A stretch of DNA of 42,764 bases from Cytophagales bacterium (lineage in GTDB: Bacteria > Bacteroidota > Bacteroidia > Cytophagales > Microscillaceae), in assembly GCA_038248005.1 (NCBI GenBank), contig JBBRUH010000001.1, forward strand, positions 1 through 42,764. Direction: 5' to 3'. Below, piece after piece: positions 15,076-24,530 of the stretch (position 1 is its first letter; every line of letters starts with the position of its first letter). A program made the translations under genes and the position numbers. The notes under the pieces are model-generated. The model ran no database searches, was not told where the DNA came from, and was given only the letters and a program-made list of their open reading frames with translations.

Positions 15076-15112
15076 TAAGTGATGAATTGTCTTAGTAAGA
15101 CTTTGATAATCA
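15076..15112 (+). repeat. Stop-codon-proximal modular repeat (truncated module 1 + module 2)
   Basis: taagtgatga begins 10 nt after the aspC TAA (15063-15065). ttagtaagactttgataatca (15092-15112) matches 9662-9682, and weaker similarity continues to about 15160. Confidence 0.55.
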
Positions 15113-15178
15113 GTTTTTTATAACAAGATTAAAGTATAAGCTAATTTTAATCATCTACTTACCAGTTTATTTATAGAG

Positions 15179-15235
15179 GTGCAAGCGAAGATATTTGCAC
15201 CCATATTTGCCTTGTTCAAGCGAAGATGCTTGAAC
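15179..15235. repeat. Dual GAAGA-apex hairpin element
   Basis: gtgcaagcgaagatatttgcac (15179-15200, degenerate stem) + 13-nt spacer + gttcaagc gaagat gcttgaac (15214-15235). About 80 percent identical by eye over about 70 nt to 41283-41355. Confidence 0.7.
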
Positions 15236-15263
15236 GATATTATAGGATAATTTTATAGATGTA

Positions 15264-16259
15264 ATGAGTTCAAAAAACATTGAGCAAATTTTTGAAGATT
15301 TTAACCAACTCAGAGTACTAATCATAGGTGATGTGATGATAGATTCATACCTTTGGGGAGATGTCAAACGCATTTCACCCGAAGCACCTGTCCCTATCGT
15401 AAACGTCAAGAAGAGAGAAAAACGACTTGGAGGTGCAGCCAATGTAGCCCTTAATGTAAAAGCACTCGGAGCTACTCCTATATTATGTTCTATAGTGGGG
15501 CAAGATGAAGACGCACAGGCTTTACTTGAACTGATGGATGAAGCTAAACTTCCTACAGAGGGGATATTATCTAGCCCTCATCGGATTACGACTATCAAGC
15601 ATCGGATATTGGCAGGGCATCAGCACATTTTAAGGGTAGATTCTGAATTAACTGACCCACTTATAGAAACTGATAGAGAGCAGTTATTAAATTTTGTATT
15701 AGAGAATTTAGCTAAATGTGATGTCATTATTTTTGAAGATTATGACAAAGGGGTATTAGATACAATCCTCATTCAGCAAATCATTCAGGCAGCACACAAA
15801 GCAAAGATTCCTACAGTAGTAGATCCTAAGAAAAATAACTTCTTTGCGTATAGTGGTGCAACTCTTTTTAAGCCTAACCTCAAAGAACTAAGAGAAGGAT
15901 TAAAAATAGAGATAAATCCTAAAGAAGATACTCAACTAGATAAGGCAGTTACCGAGCTTAAAAGTCAATTAAATTTAGAACAAGCCTTAATCACTTTATC
16001 CGAATTAGGTGTATATTTGGATGCGAAAACAGAAAAAATAAAACTTCCAGCACATTTGCGTAGCATTGCAGATGTATCAGGAGCAGGAGATACCGTAATT
16101 AGTGTAGCAGCACTAAGTTTGGCATTAGGCTTGCCTCCTTTGCAGTTAGCTGGTCTAGCCAACCTAGCAGGGGGACTAGTGTGTGAATATCTAGGGGTAG
16201 TGCCCATTGATAAAAGTAAACTATTAAAAGAAGCAGTGATAAATCAGCTTTTCAAATGA
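15264..16259 (+). CDS. rfaE: D-glycero-beta-D-manno-heptose-7-phosphate kinase (RfaE/HldE domain I only, PfkB family)
   Basis: IIGDVMIDSYLWGDVKRISPEAPVPIV..RLGGAANVALNV closely parallels the HldE N-terminus. PfkB signature DVSGAGDTVI is near the C-terminus. Confidence 0.88.
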   Translation: MSSKNIEQIFEDFNQLRVLIIGDVMIDSYLWGDVKRISPEAPVPIVNVKKREKRLGGAANVALNVKALGATPILCSIVGQDEDAQALLELMDEAKLPTEGILSSPHRITTIKHRILAGHQHILRVDSELTDPLIETDREQLLNFVLENLAKCDVIIFEDYDKGVLDTILIQQIIQAAHKAKIPTVVDPKKNNFFAYSGATLFKPNLKELREGLKIEINPKEDTQLDKAVTELKSQLNLEQALITLSELGVYLDAKTEKIKLPAHLRSIADVSGAGDTVISVAALSLALGLPPLQLAGLANLAGGLVCEYLGVVPIDKSKLLKEAVINQLFK

Positions 16260-18331
16260 TAAACCGTCAGAGAACCATAGAACGCATCAATGAAGTCATC
16301 TACAATAGTAGAGAAAGAATCTATGGGATTCTCAAAATCACCAATACCATTACCTTATTTGTGGCAATAGGAGCTTTAATATATTCCTTGGGTTTTGACT
16401 TGGAGAGTGATGAGATTACACGTGTGTTTGGATGGCTAGAGGTTTTGATTGTTATTTTTATATTAGATTATTTTGTTCGCCTTGTCTATTCCTACAATAC
16501 TTGGGATCATGTACAAGAAAAAATACTAGAAAGCTTTTTAGTGGCATTTTCATTGTTTATAGGATTCTTTTCATTGATAGGTTTAGATATCTCTTACTAT
16601 ATCTTTTTGTTATTAGGTTTGGCAGATTTTAAGGCTTTTTATGAGTCTTTTGTGGCATTATACATTATTATCCTCAGCATGATTGGGCTTGCCCGTGTGA
16701 GCCAAATTATCTCATCCGTTAAAGTAAAACCCGCTACTACCTTTATCTTTAGTTTTATTTTGCTTATCTTGATAGGGACTTTTTTGCTGATGATGCCTTC
16801 TATGACTACCAAGCCTGGAGGGATGCCTTTTTTGGGAGCATTATTTATCTCTACAAGTGCCTCATGTGTTACAGGGCTTAGTACAGTTACAGTCGCTTCT
16901 TATTTTACGCTCAAGGGGCAGTTAGTAATCCTTTTTTTATTACAGCTTGGAGGGATAGGTATTGTATCTTTTGCTACCTTCTTTGCTACCTTTTTAAGTC
17001 AGGGTGTAGGGATGAAGCAGCAAGCCATTATGCAAGATGTATTGAGTACTGAGAATTTATCTTCGGCTCGTAAAACACTCCGTCAGGTAGTATTACTTAC
17101 TTTTAGTATAGAGGCAATAGGTGCAGTCGCTTTGTTTTTTTCATGGGGACCTGAGGTGAAATATTACTCACCACTTAGGCAGAATCAAGACCTTATGGAG
17201 ATGATAGCAGAAACAAAAGATAGTACCAAAACTTCCCAGACCAATACTGAAGTAGAATCTCTTGAAAGTGGCCCAGTAGAGTTAGAGTCGCTTTCACAGC
17301 CAGTCCAAGAAGAAGTTTCAGAAGAAGATGCTGATCAAGCTTTAGAGATACTCTTTGTAGAACCTGAAGAAGAAGTTCCCTTTAATGTGGAGGAAAGCAC
17401 TAACATCACAGAAAATAACTCATTAGCTAATAAAATTTATTTCTCTATTTTCCATTCTATTTCAGCTTTTTGTAATGCAGGATTCAGCCTATTCCCTAAT
17501 GGATTAGCAGAAACGGGAGTAGATACAAGTTATGTTGCACACATTGTATTAGCATTTATTATTATTTTTGGTAGTCTAGGTTTTACTACGATTCAAGATG
17601 TATTCTCTCCTAGAAAAATGAGAGAACGACTTAGCATGCCCTGGAAAAGCTGGTCAATGGGAACTCAAATCGCAATAAATATGACTATATTGTTTGTAAT
17701 AGCGGGAACTGTTGGTTTTTTCTTTTTAGAGCAAGGGGAAAATCATACATTGGTAGGTAAAAATATATATGAGTCTATTATTATTTCTTTTTTTCAATCC
17801 GTAACTACTCGTACAGCAGGCTTCAATACAGTAAGTCTAGGAATCTCTGATATCTCACAGCCTACTTATATCATGTTTATATTTTTGATGTTTGTAGGAG
17901 CTGCCTCTGGTTCTACAGGGGGAGGTATCAAAACCTCTACGTTCCTGCTCTTGGCAGTATCTGCAGTAGCCAGTATTCGTGGTAAAAAGACAGTAGAACT
18001 GAACAACCGCTCTATAGCCAATGATACCATCAATAGGGCTTTTTCTATTGTAGCATTTGCCATTACTTATAATGCGATATGTATCTTTGTGTTATTGATA
18101 GTACAGCCCGATGCAGATATTCGTGAGTTGTTTTTCGAGCTGATTTCTGCTTTTGCTACCGTAGGGTTGAGTACAGGAATTACAAGTTCTCTCAATGAAT
18201 ATAGTCAGGTTATCCTCATTATTACTATGTATGTAGGGAGAGTGGGCACACTTACACTAGCCCTTGCATTGAGTAAAAAAGTACTCAGTACTTCTTATCA
18301 ATATCCTACTGCACACGTGATGGTAGGCTAA
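16256..18331 (+). CDS. trkH: TrkH/KtrB-family cation (K+) transporter, extended form
   Basis: Multi-TM protein with SVTTRTAGFNTV, GGIGIVSF and SGSTGGGIKTST selectivity-loop-like motifs. ATGA overlap with the rfaE stop. Extra N-terminal TM segments and an acidic insert (nt 17159-17435). Confidence 0.8.
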   Translation: MINRQRTIERINEVIYNSRERIYGILKITNTITLFVAIGALIYSLGFDLESDEITRVFGWLEVLIVIFILDYFVRLVYSYNTWDHVQEKILESFLVAFSLFIGFFSLIGLDISYYIFLLLGLADFKAFYESFVALYIIILSMIGLARVSQIISSVKVKPATTFIFSFILLILIGTFLLMMPSMTTKPGGMPFLGALFISTSASCVTGLSTVTVASYFTLKGQLVILFLLQLGGIGIVSFATFFATFLSQGVGMKQQAIMQDVLSTENLSSARKTLRQVVLLTFSIEAIGAVALFFSWGPEVKYYSPLRQNQDLMEMIAETKDSTKTSQTNTEVESLESGPVELESLSQPVQEEVSEEDADQALEILFVEPEEEVPFNVEESTNITENNSLANKIYFSIFHSISAFCNAGFSLFPNGLAETGVDTSYVAHIVLAFIIIFGSLGFTTIQDVFSPRKMRERLSMPWKSWSMGTQIAINMTILFVIAGTVGFFFLEQGENHTLVGKNIYESIIISFFQSVTTRTAGFNTVSLGISDISQPTYIMFIFLMFVGAASGSTGGGIKTSTFLLLAVSAVASIRGKKTVELNNRSIANDTINRAFSIVAFAITYNAICIFVLLIVQPDADIRELFFELISAFATVGLSTGITSSLNEYSQVILIITMYVGRVGTLTLALALSKKVLSTSYQYPTAHVMVG

Positions 18332-18396
18332 GTAGATTCTAAAGATTTTATTTATAAAAATAGTTAGTTAGTGAAGCAAATAAATAAAGCATTAAG

Positions 18397-19191
18397 ATGA
18401 AAAAAAATTGGATAATATTAGGATTAATAGTACTTAGTGTAGTATTCCAATCACATGAGTTTTGGCTTCAAGCCAATAAATATACACTCAAGACCAATGA
18501 AAAATGTCTTATAGACCTCAGAGTAGGAGAGGGTTTTGAAGGGGAGTTATGGGACTATCAAACGACTAAAATCAAAAAATTCTCACTTTTTGAGGATAGT
18601 CAAGTATCAAAAGATTTAAGTATTCAAACACAGGTAGGGAAGGGAAATAATTTAACTCTTTCTTTTGAAAAGCCCGGTACTAAGCTAATTGCTTTAGAAA
18701 CTAATAATTTTTTTATAGAATTGGAGGGAAAAAAGTTTAACTCTTATCTCTTAGAAGATGGCTTATTTAATGCCTTAGAATACCGCAATGAAGAAGGTTT
18801 ACTAGAAAAAAGTGCCAAAGAGCATTATACCCGAAATATCAAAATGCTCTTAAATGTAGGTAATAAAACCAGTAATAGCTACCGAATCAATACGGGAATG
18901 TCTCTAGAAATCTTACCTTCACAAAACCCTTATGAACTCAAAAAAGCACAATATCTAGATTTTGAAGTCTTATTTCAAGGCAAACCTCTAGGAAAGGCCA
19001 TCGTAAAAGCTTGGCATCAAGAAGGTGAGAGTGTAACACTAAATACTCAAATCTCTGATGCAAGTGGGAAAGTGCGATTTTTGGTAGAGCCAAAAGGAGA
19101 GTGGATGATTAGCATCGTAACGATGGTTGAGAGCAAGGCCGAAGAGGTAGATTGGCAAAGTTACTGGGGTTCTCTTACCTTTGGATACTAA
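18397..19191 (+). CDS. DUF4198-like periplasmic protein (NikM/CbiK-like metal-uptake associated fold)
   Basis: Signal peptide, then the HEFWLQ start typical of DUF4198. All-beta composition, 264 aa. Confidence 0.6.
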   Translation: MKKNWIILGLIVLSVVFQSHEFWLQANKYTLKTNEKCLIDLRVGEGFEGELWDYQTTKIKKFSLFEDSQVSKDLSIQTQVGKGNNLTLSFEKPGTKLIALETNNFFIELEGKKFNSYLLEDGLFNALEYRNEEGLLEKSAKEHYTRNIKMLLNVGNKTSNSYRINTGMSLEILPSQNPYELKKAQYLDFEVLFQGKPLGKAIVKAWHQEGESVTLNTQISDASGKVRFLVEPKGEWMISIVTMVESKAEEVDWQSYWGSLTFGY

Positions 19192-19306
19192 AAATAAAGA
19201 ATGCTAAAGGAGATATAGATTATAAGACGTGTCTTCCTTCTCAGTTAGTATAAATGCAAATTGGTAGTATTTTTTACACCATTTTAATACATTCAAAGCC
19301 TCACAG

Positions 19307-20755
19307 ATGGATATTCTTTTTTATCGGATTTTACTTTTATTTGTAGGCTTGGCTTTTTTATTTATACAATCAGGAGAGTATAAGTCCTTTAAAATTAAAC
19401 TGGAAGTTTTACCTCAGTTCACTACTTTCTTTGGGTGGGCAGGTTTTGCTTTTTTACCTTCTTCTAAAAATAATCAAAAATATCCTTCTCCTTTGCTGAT
19501 TGTTTCTTGGCAAGAACTAATAAATCTTTCTGAAGATGCCTTACTACATTTTAAAACAGACCTAAAACAAAGAAACCAATCTTTGATAGTAATTTACCCT
19601 GTGTTCATGCACAATTGGCAAGAAAGCATAAACCAATTTCAACATTTTAAGGATTTGCCCATCAGTTATTGGGAGTTTAGTGCAACTATACCCAACACTT
19701 TCTCAAGAGAATGGCAAGAAAGTTTGATTTCGGAATATGTAAGTGAATTTGGTGAATTAGTCGGGGAGATTAGAAGAGAATTTCCTAGAACTCAGTTTTT
19801 TGCTTGGGGTGCATTTCAAAAACCTACTCACACTACACAGCAAATATGGAATCATCTTTTAGCAAGTCAGCAAAATAATCTGCAAGGATACACACTGGTG
19901 ATTGATACACTTAATTTACAGACTTTTCAAGCACTTTTGAAGGTAAAGTCAAATCTTTCACATCCCCAAAACAGAGCAAGACTACTCTCTCTTCATCTAA
20001 AAAATAAAGATTTAGAACTCTCTAACGGCTTTTCTAGCAGTCTACTTATCTTAAATAGTATTCTGCAACTGCCACTAGCATACCTTTCCTACCAAGATGA
20101 AAAATCAGAGGAATCTCTTATCTCTACAGAGATGCTTCTTTCTAGAATACTATGGAGAGTACCTCGCCTACAAAATTTACAATTTAAAGCAGAGGCTACT
20201 ATCACCAATGTCCGCTTACAAGGGTGGTACTGGCAAAAAAACTGGGAAACAGGAGTGATTTTGATTAACCTAGGAAATGAAACTCAAAGAATACATACTG
20301 CAGATTTGTTCCCATCTTTCTTTTTTCAAGAGGTATTTACAATTTCTGCTGTTGAACAAGAAAAACCTCAACTCTCAACTAAAAAAACACAAGGATTCCA
20401 TAAAGTAGTTTTACCTCCACATAGCCTAGTATTTTTAAGCACCAAATCTATGCTTCCTCATTCATTTAGCAATGATACAACACATCTCTTAGATTTCAAG
20501 ATAGAACTGATTTCTCCCAACACTCTTAAAATGGAGTATCATCTGGCAGATTATTCAAGAAACCTTCATATTCGCTTATTTGATATGAAAGGAGAAGAAA
20601 TCTATGCTTGGCAACAGCAAGACTGTAAAAAAGGATACTATAAACTCAATCACCAAATCAAGCATTTATCAGCAGGAGAATATCTTTGTTGTGTAGATGT
20701 TGAAAATGAAAATTTACTCAAAACCATAGAAATAGACCAAGACATACAATCATGA
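19307..20755 (+). CDS. Hypothetical exported protein with a T9SS C-terminal-sorting-like tail
   Basis: N-terminal hydrophobic anchor. Segment VILINLGNETQRIH...KVVLPPHSLVFLS resembles an amylase-type C-terminal beta-sandwich. The last ~80 aa (IRLFDMKGEEIY...LSAGEYLCCVDVENENLLKTIEI) resemble a T9SS CTD. Confidence 0.5.
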   Translation: MDILFYRILLLFVGLAFLFIQSGEYKSFKIKLEVLPQFTTFFGWAGFAFLPSSKNNQKYPSPLLIVSWQELINLSEDALLHFKTDLKQRNQSLIVIYPVFMHNWQESINQFQHFKDLPISYWEFSATIPNTFSREWQESLISEYVSEFGELVGEIRREFPRTQFFAWGAFQKPTHTTQQIWNHLLASQQNNLQGYTLVIDTLNLQTFQALLKVKSNLSHPQNRARLLSLHLKNKDLELSNGFSSSLLILNSILQLPLAYLSYQDEKSEESLISTEMLLSRILWRVPRLQNLQFKAEATITNVRLQGWYWQKNWETGVILINLGNETQRIHTADLFPSFFFQEVFTISAVEQEKPQLSTKKTQGFHKVVLPPHSLVFLSTKSMLPHSFSNDTTHLLDFKIELISPNTLKMEYHLADYSRNLHIRLFDMKGEEIYAWQQQDCKKGYYKLNHQIKHLSAGEYLCCVDVENENLLKTIEIDQDIQS

Positions 20756-21621
20756 AACAATCTACCTGGATACATTTAAGGTTTCCATTCTCTTTTTTTT
20801 TGATGCCTGTATTTTTATTTGCACTAGGCGTAGTACCTGAGCCTGTTGGGTGGCAAGTAGCTTTGGTGTTTTTTATACTTCATTTTTTGGTTTACCCTGC
20901 CAGCAACGGCTACAACTCCTACTATGATAAGGATGAAGAAAGTATAGGAGGAGTAGAGAATCCCCCTCCTGTAAGCCCAGAACTGTGGAGAGTTTCTATT
21001 TTGATGGATGTGGTTGCAGTAGGGCTGAGCTTATTTATTGATTTATATTTTGCTTTGGCAGTGCTAGTATATGGTTTGATATCTAAGGCATATAGTTATG
21101 ATAAGATTAGACTTAAAAAGTACCCTTTCATTAGCTGGATTACGATAGGTGTTTTTCAAGGAGCATTTACATTTTGGATGATTTATTGGGGTGTTGGTGC
21201 TGAGCCTACTTGGGCAAGTTTATCAGAGGGAAAAGTAGCTATGGCGGCTTTGTTAAGTACGGTGATGCTTTTGGGTTCTTACCCTATGACCCAAGTTTAT
21301 CAGCATTCTGAAGATTCTAAACGTGGTGATAAAACGCTCAGTCTAATCTTAGGCATTCGGGGAACATTTCTGTTTACTAATTTAGTATTTGGGGGTGTAG
21401 CAGCGGCTTATTTCTTTTATTTTTGGCATTATCAGAGTTTGTATTGGGCTGTGGGTTTTGAGTTGGCTTTACTTCCAGTATTGATTTATTTTTTTAGCTG
21501 GTTTTATAAAGTATGGTTTGATGAAAGAGCTGCTAATTTTAAATCTACGATGATGCTTAATCTAATCTCGGCTATATGCCTGAATCTTTATTTTTTGAGT
21601 TATTATTTACTGAAGGTTTGA
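20752..21621 (+). CDS. UbiA-family prenyltransferase
   Basis: About 8 TM segments, Asp-rich NGYNSYYDKDED motif, 289 aa. ATGA overlap with the upstream ORF. Confidence 0.75.
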   Translation: MKQSTWIHLRFPFSFFLMPVFLFALGVVPEPVGWQVALVFFILHFLVYPASNGYNSYYDKDEESIGGVENPPPVSPELWRVSILMDVVAVGLSLFIDLYFALAVLVYGLISKAYSYDKIRLKKYPFISWITIGVFQGAFTFWMIYWGVGAEPTWASLSEGKVAMAALLSTVMLLGSYPMTQVYQHSEDSKRGDKTLSLILGIRGTFLFTNLVFGGVAAAYFFYFWHYQSLYWAVGFELALLPVLIYFFSWFYKVWFDERAANFKSTMMLNLISAICLNLYFLSYYLLKV

Positions 21622-24163
21622 GAGGAATATGAAAAGAAAAAGTACTGCCTTTGTCCACTTCGCTTTTAAACCAGATTTTCCCACCTAATTTTTTGATAAA
21701 ATCTTGGCTCAAAGAAAGCCCCCATCCATTACCCTCTTTACCCTCGGTATCAGGGAGAGAGACTTTTTGTTCAGGGTTAAAAATATGACTTTGGTGTTCA
21801 TCAGAAATGCCTATCCCTGAATCTTGCACATGCACCACACAATGCTCAGGAGTATGCTCAGAATAGACACGAATTTTACCCTTTTTGGGAGTAAAACGAA
21901 TGGCATTAGAAATCAGATTTTGAAGTACATTCCCTAATGCAGAGCGGTCTGTATCCATACATAAATAAGAAACTTCTACTAATAAATCGATTTCCTTTTC
22001 TCTGATTTGTACTTCTAAGTTACTCACAACACTATTTACCATCTCTTGAATATCCAACCTTTCTAATGAAATTTGCCAATTATCCAATTGTAGGATAGTC
22101 ATTAAGAAAAGATTATCTACCATCTTATTAAACTCTTTGGTAGCATGCTCTAATTCTGAACCTAGTGCTTTAATTTCTTCTGAGGAGAGGGTATCATATT
22201 GTGTGCTAATCTGGTTTGCAAACTGAAATAAAGATTTAAGAGGACGTTTGAAGTCTTGAGATAAAATCTTCAAAAACTGGTCTTTGGTATTGTTGAGAGA
22301 TTGCAGGATTTTTTTCTCAGACTCTAATGCTTCTACTTGCATCTGTAATTTGGCTTTTTCTACACTATTATTTTCAGAGGGCAGTGTAGTACCTTTGGTA
22401 TCAAGCATAGCCGATACAGGACTAATTTCAGGAATATTCTTAAAGGGTGGTAAGATGATATGAAATCGAGAGAACTCATCCTCTTTACTAGAAAGTGAAA
22501 TCTGACCACCAAGTGCGTTTAGTGCTTTTTTGACTACATAGAGTCCTAGTCCATTGCCTTGTGAAGAGTGATTTGCTCTCATGTACATTTTAAATACCTT
22601 GGAGTGATACTCAGAGGCTATGCCTTGCCCATTGTCATTGATAGTAATGTTCAAGACATCTTCTTTCTGGAATACACTAATCTTTAAAAAAGATTCTTCT
22701 TCTAAATTAGCACTAGAAAAATTAATGGCATTTTCTATAAGATTTTGGAGTATGATTTCTATAAGTTTAGGTAAACTCTTAAATTCAATATCTTGCTTAA
22801 TCTCTTGTTCCCAACGGATAGATTTACTCTCTAACTGTGGCAAATACTGCTTATGAATAGAATCTAAAATACTCTCGAAATCAACCAATTTTACTTTAGA
22901 ATCTGTTGCTTCATGGATTTCATTAATCATTAAGAGTTTCATAAGCATCTTATCCATAAAATGAGCAGTAGTATTGACCTTCTCAAATAATTTGATAGCA
23001 TCTGGGCTATCAAGAGAAAGAATGGCTACTTGGGTAAGACCCATCAGCGTAGTGAGTGGACGGCGTAAATCATGGGATGCACGATAAAGAAAAAGATCTA
23101 ACTCTTCTTTGGTTTGGCGTATTTCTAGAGTCCGTCTCTGAATTTCAGTCTCAAGACGAGCATTGATAATTTGAATATCAGCTTGTTTTTTTTCTAACTC
23201 ACGGTTGATTTTAGTAAGTTCTCTAGCCTGTTTTCTAATTTCTACTTTTTGAAGGCGAAGTTGATCTTGGTTTTTTTGCTTTTCGGTAATATCCCAGAAA
23301 GTAGTCTGAATCCCAATCACACGGTTTTCCATATCAAAGATAGGAGATTTAATCATCTGCACTACAGTAGCCTCTATTAAAGGGGAGGATTTAAGTACTC
23401 TGATGGCTTCTAAATCACTCTCAGTTTCAATAACCAAAGCGTCATCGCCACGAAGAATATCAGTTACTTCTTTGACATAAAATTCATAAGTCTTGCGACC
23501 TATTAGATTTTCGAGCTTAATTCCTAACTGTCTTAAGAAAGCTTGGTTAGCAAAAGTAATATTTCCTTCTATGTCTGTACGAAAGAGACTTTGTGGCATA
23601 GCTTTAATGAGAGATTGATACTCTCGAGATTGCCTCATAATCTCCTCATTCTGGTTTTTCATTTTTTTATAAACCTGTGCATTTTCAATAGCAATACCAA
23701 CAAAAACCGCAAAGTTTTGAAGCACGTACATATCTGTAAGTTCATAAGCATCTGAGTCTATGCTTTGTACTGTGACTACACCTAGTTTTTTATTGGATTG
23801 ATTAATAGGCACATAAATAACTGATTTACAGTCCTTTTTGTTACCAAGAGAGGCTTTCAGAGAATAATCAGAAACGTCAGATTCTAATAATGATGATTGA
23901 TTCTCGAGGCAGACTCTTGAAAGATGAGTATTATTTTTGGGAGTAATAGTGTCTGTGTCAATGCCGTCTCTATCAGTATTTTTGATTAGAAAACTTAAGC
24001 TTTGCTTGGAACTCTCATAAGTGCCAATAGCTAATACACTAATAGGCATGAAGTCTTGTAATAACTGGAAAGAAATATTGAGAAGACGCTTAAGGTTAGG
24101 TTGCGAAGTAATTACCAAGCCTATTTGGCTAAGTTGCGAAAGTTGGTTTTGTACTTTTTCCAA
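21572..24163 (-). CDS. GAF-PAS sensor histidine kinase with two tandem DHp/HATPase_c cores
   Basis: GAF is about aa 20-160 and PAS about aa 180-295, followed by a coiled coil. Core 1 has H-box LYRASHDLRRPL (His364, nt 23072-23074), N-box LQNLIENAINF, G1 DNGQGI and G2 GNGLGLYVV. Core 2 has pseudo-H-box ILSQDFKRPL (Gln636, nt 22256-22258), N-box LQNLISNAIRF, G1 DSGIGI and G2 GNGWGLSLS. Confidence 0.85.
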   Translation of the reverse strand: MEKVQNQLSQLSQIGLVITSQPNLKRLLNISFQLLQDFMPISVLAIGTYESSKQSLSFLIKNTDRDGIDTDTITPKNNTHLSRVCLENQSSLLESDVSDYSLKASLGNKKDCKSVIYVPINQSNKKLGVVTVQSIDSDAYELTDMYVLQNFAVFVGIAIENAQVYKKMKNQNEEIMRQSREYQSLIKAMPQSLFRTDIEGNITFANQAFLRQLGIKLENLIGRKTYEFYVKEVTDILRGDDALVIETESDLEAIRVLKSSPLIEATVVQMIKSPIFDMENRVIGIQTTFWDITEKQKNQDQLRLQKVEIRKQARELTKINRELEKKQADIQIINARLETEIQRRTLEIRQTKEELDLFLYRASHDLRRPLTTLMGLTQVAILSLDSPDAIKLFEKVNTTAHFMDKMLMKLLMINEIHEATDSKVKLVDFESILDSIHKQYLPQLESKSIRWEQEIKQDIEFKSLPKLIEIILQNLIENAINFSSANLEEESFLKISVFQKEDVLNITINDNGQGIASEYHSKVFKMYMRANHSSQGNGLGLYVVKKALNALGGQISLSSKEDEFSRFHIILPPFKNIPEISPVSAMLDTKGTTLPSENNSVEKAKLQMQVEALESEKKILQSLNNTKDQFLKILSQDFKRPLKSLFQFANQISTQYDTLSSEEIKALGSELEHATKEFNKMVDNLFLMTILQLDNWQISLERLDIQEMVNSVVSNLEVQIREKEIDLLVEVSYLCMDTDRSALGNVLQNLISNAIRFTPKKGKIRVYSEHTPEHCVVHVQDSGIGISDEHQSHIFNPEQKVSLPDTEGKEGNGWGLSLSQDFIKKLGGKIWFKSEVDKGSTFSFHIPLKPSVNNNSKNKDSGI

Positions 24164-24530
24164 GGCAATTACCTAGTTTTGTTTATTGAGTGTGTAAATG
24201 GCAAATATCATTTTACTAAACAAAGAATGCAAATATTATTAATCAAAATCTAAAAACCTATTTGGATATTTGTTTACCAATGTAATAAAGTTATTTATAA
24301 TATAGTTGTTTTTAACAAATAAATCTTAAAATATATAACATCATCTGAATAAAAATAGTTTGAAAAATAAATTGTAATAAGTTTGTTTTTTCAAGAAAAA
24401 ACTAAGTAGGGTTTCGCATAAAAATCATTTTTTTGACTTGTTTTTTTTAAAAAGGTACGCTTCTTAAAATAAATAAAAATACTATCTTAATTTATGTACT
24501 TTTTTGTTTTTTAAATTTTACAATTCCTTT

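Noticed and set aside
15167-15442. 91-aa minus-strand ORF, and the similar 61-aa plus-strand ORF at 41240-41425.
   Set aside because: Both run through the dual GAAGAC hairpin repeats. The first also overlaps the well-supported rfaE start on the opposite strand. They are artefacts of repeat sequence.
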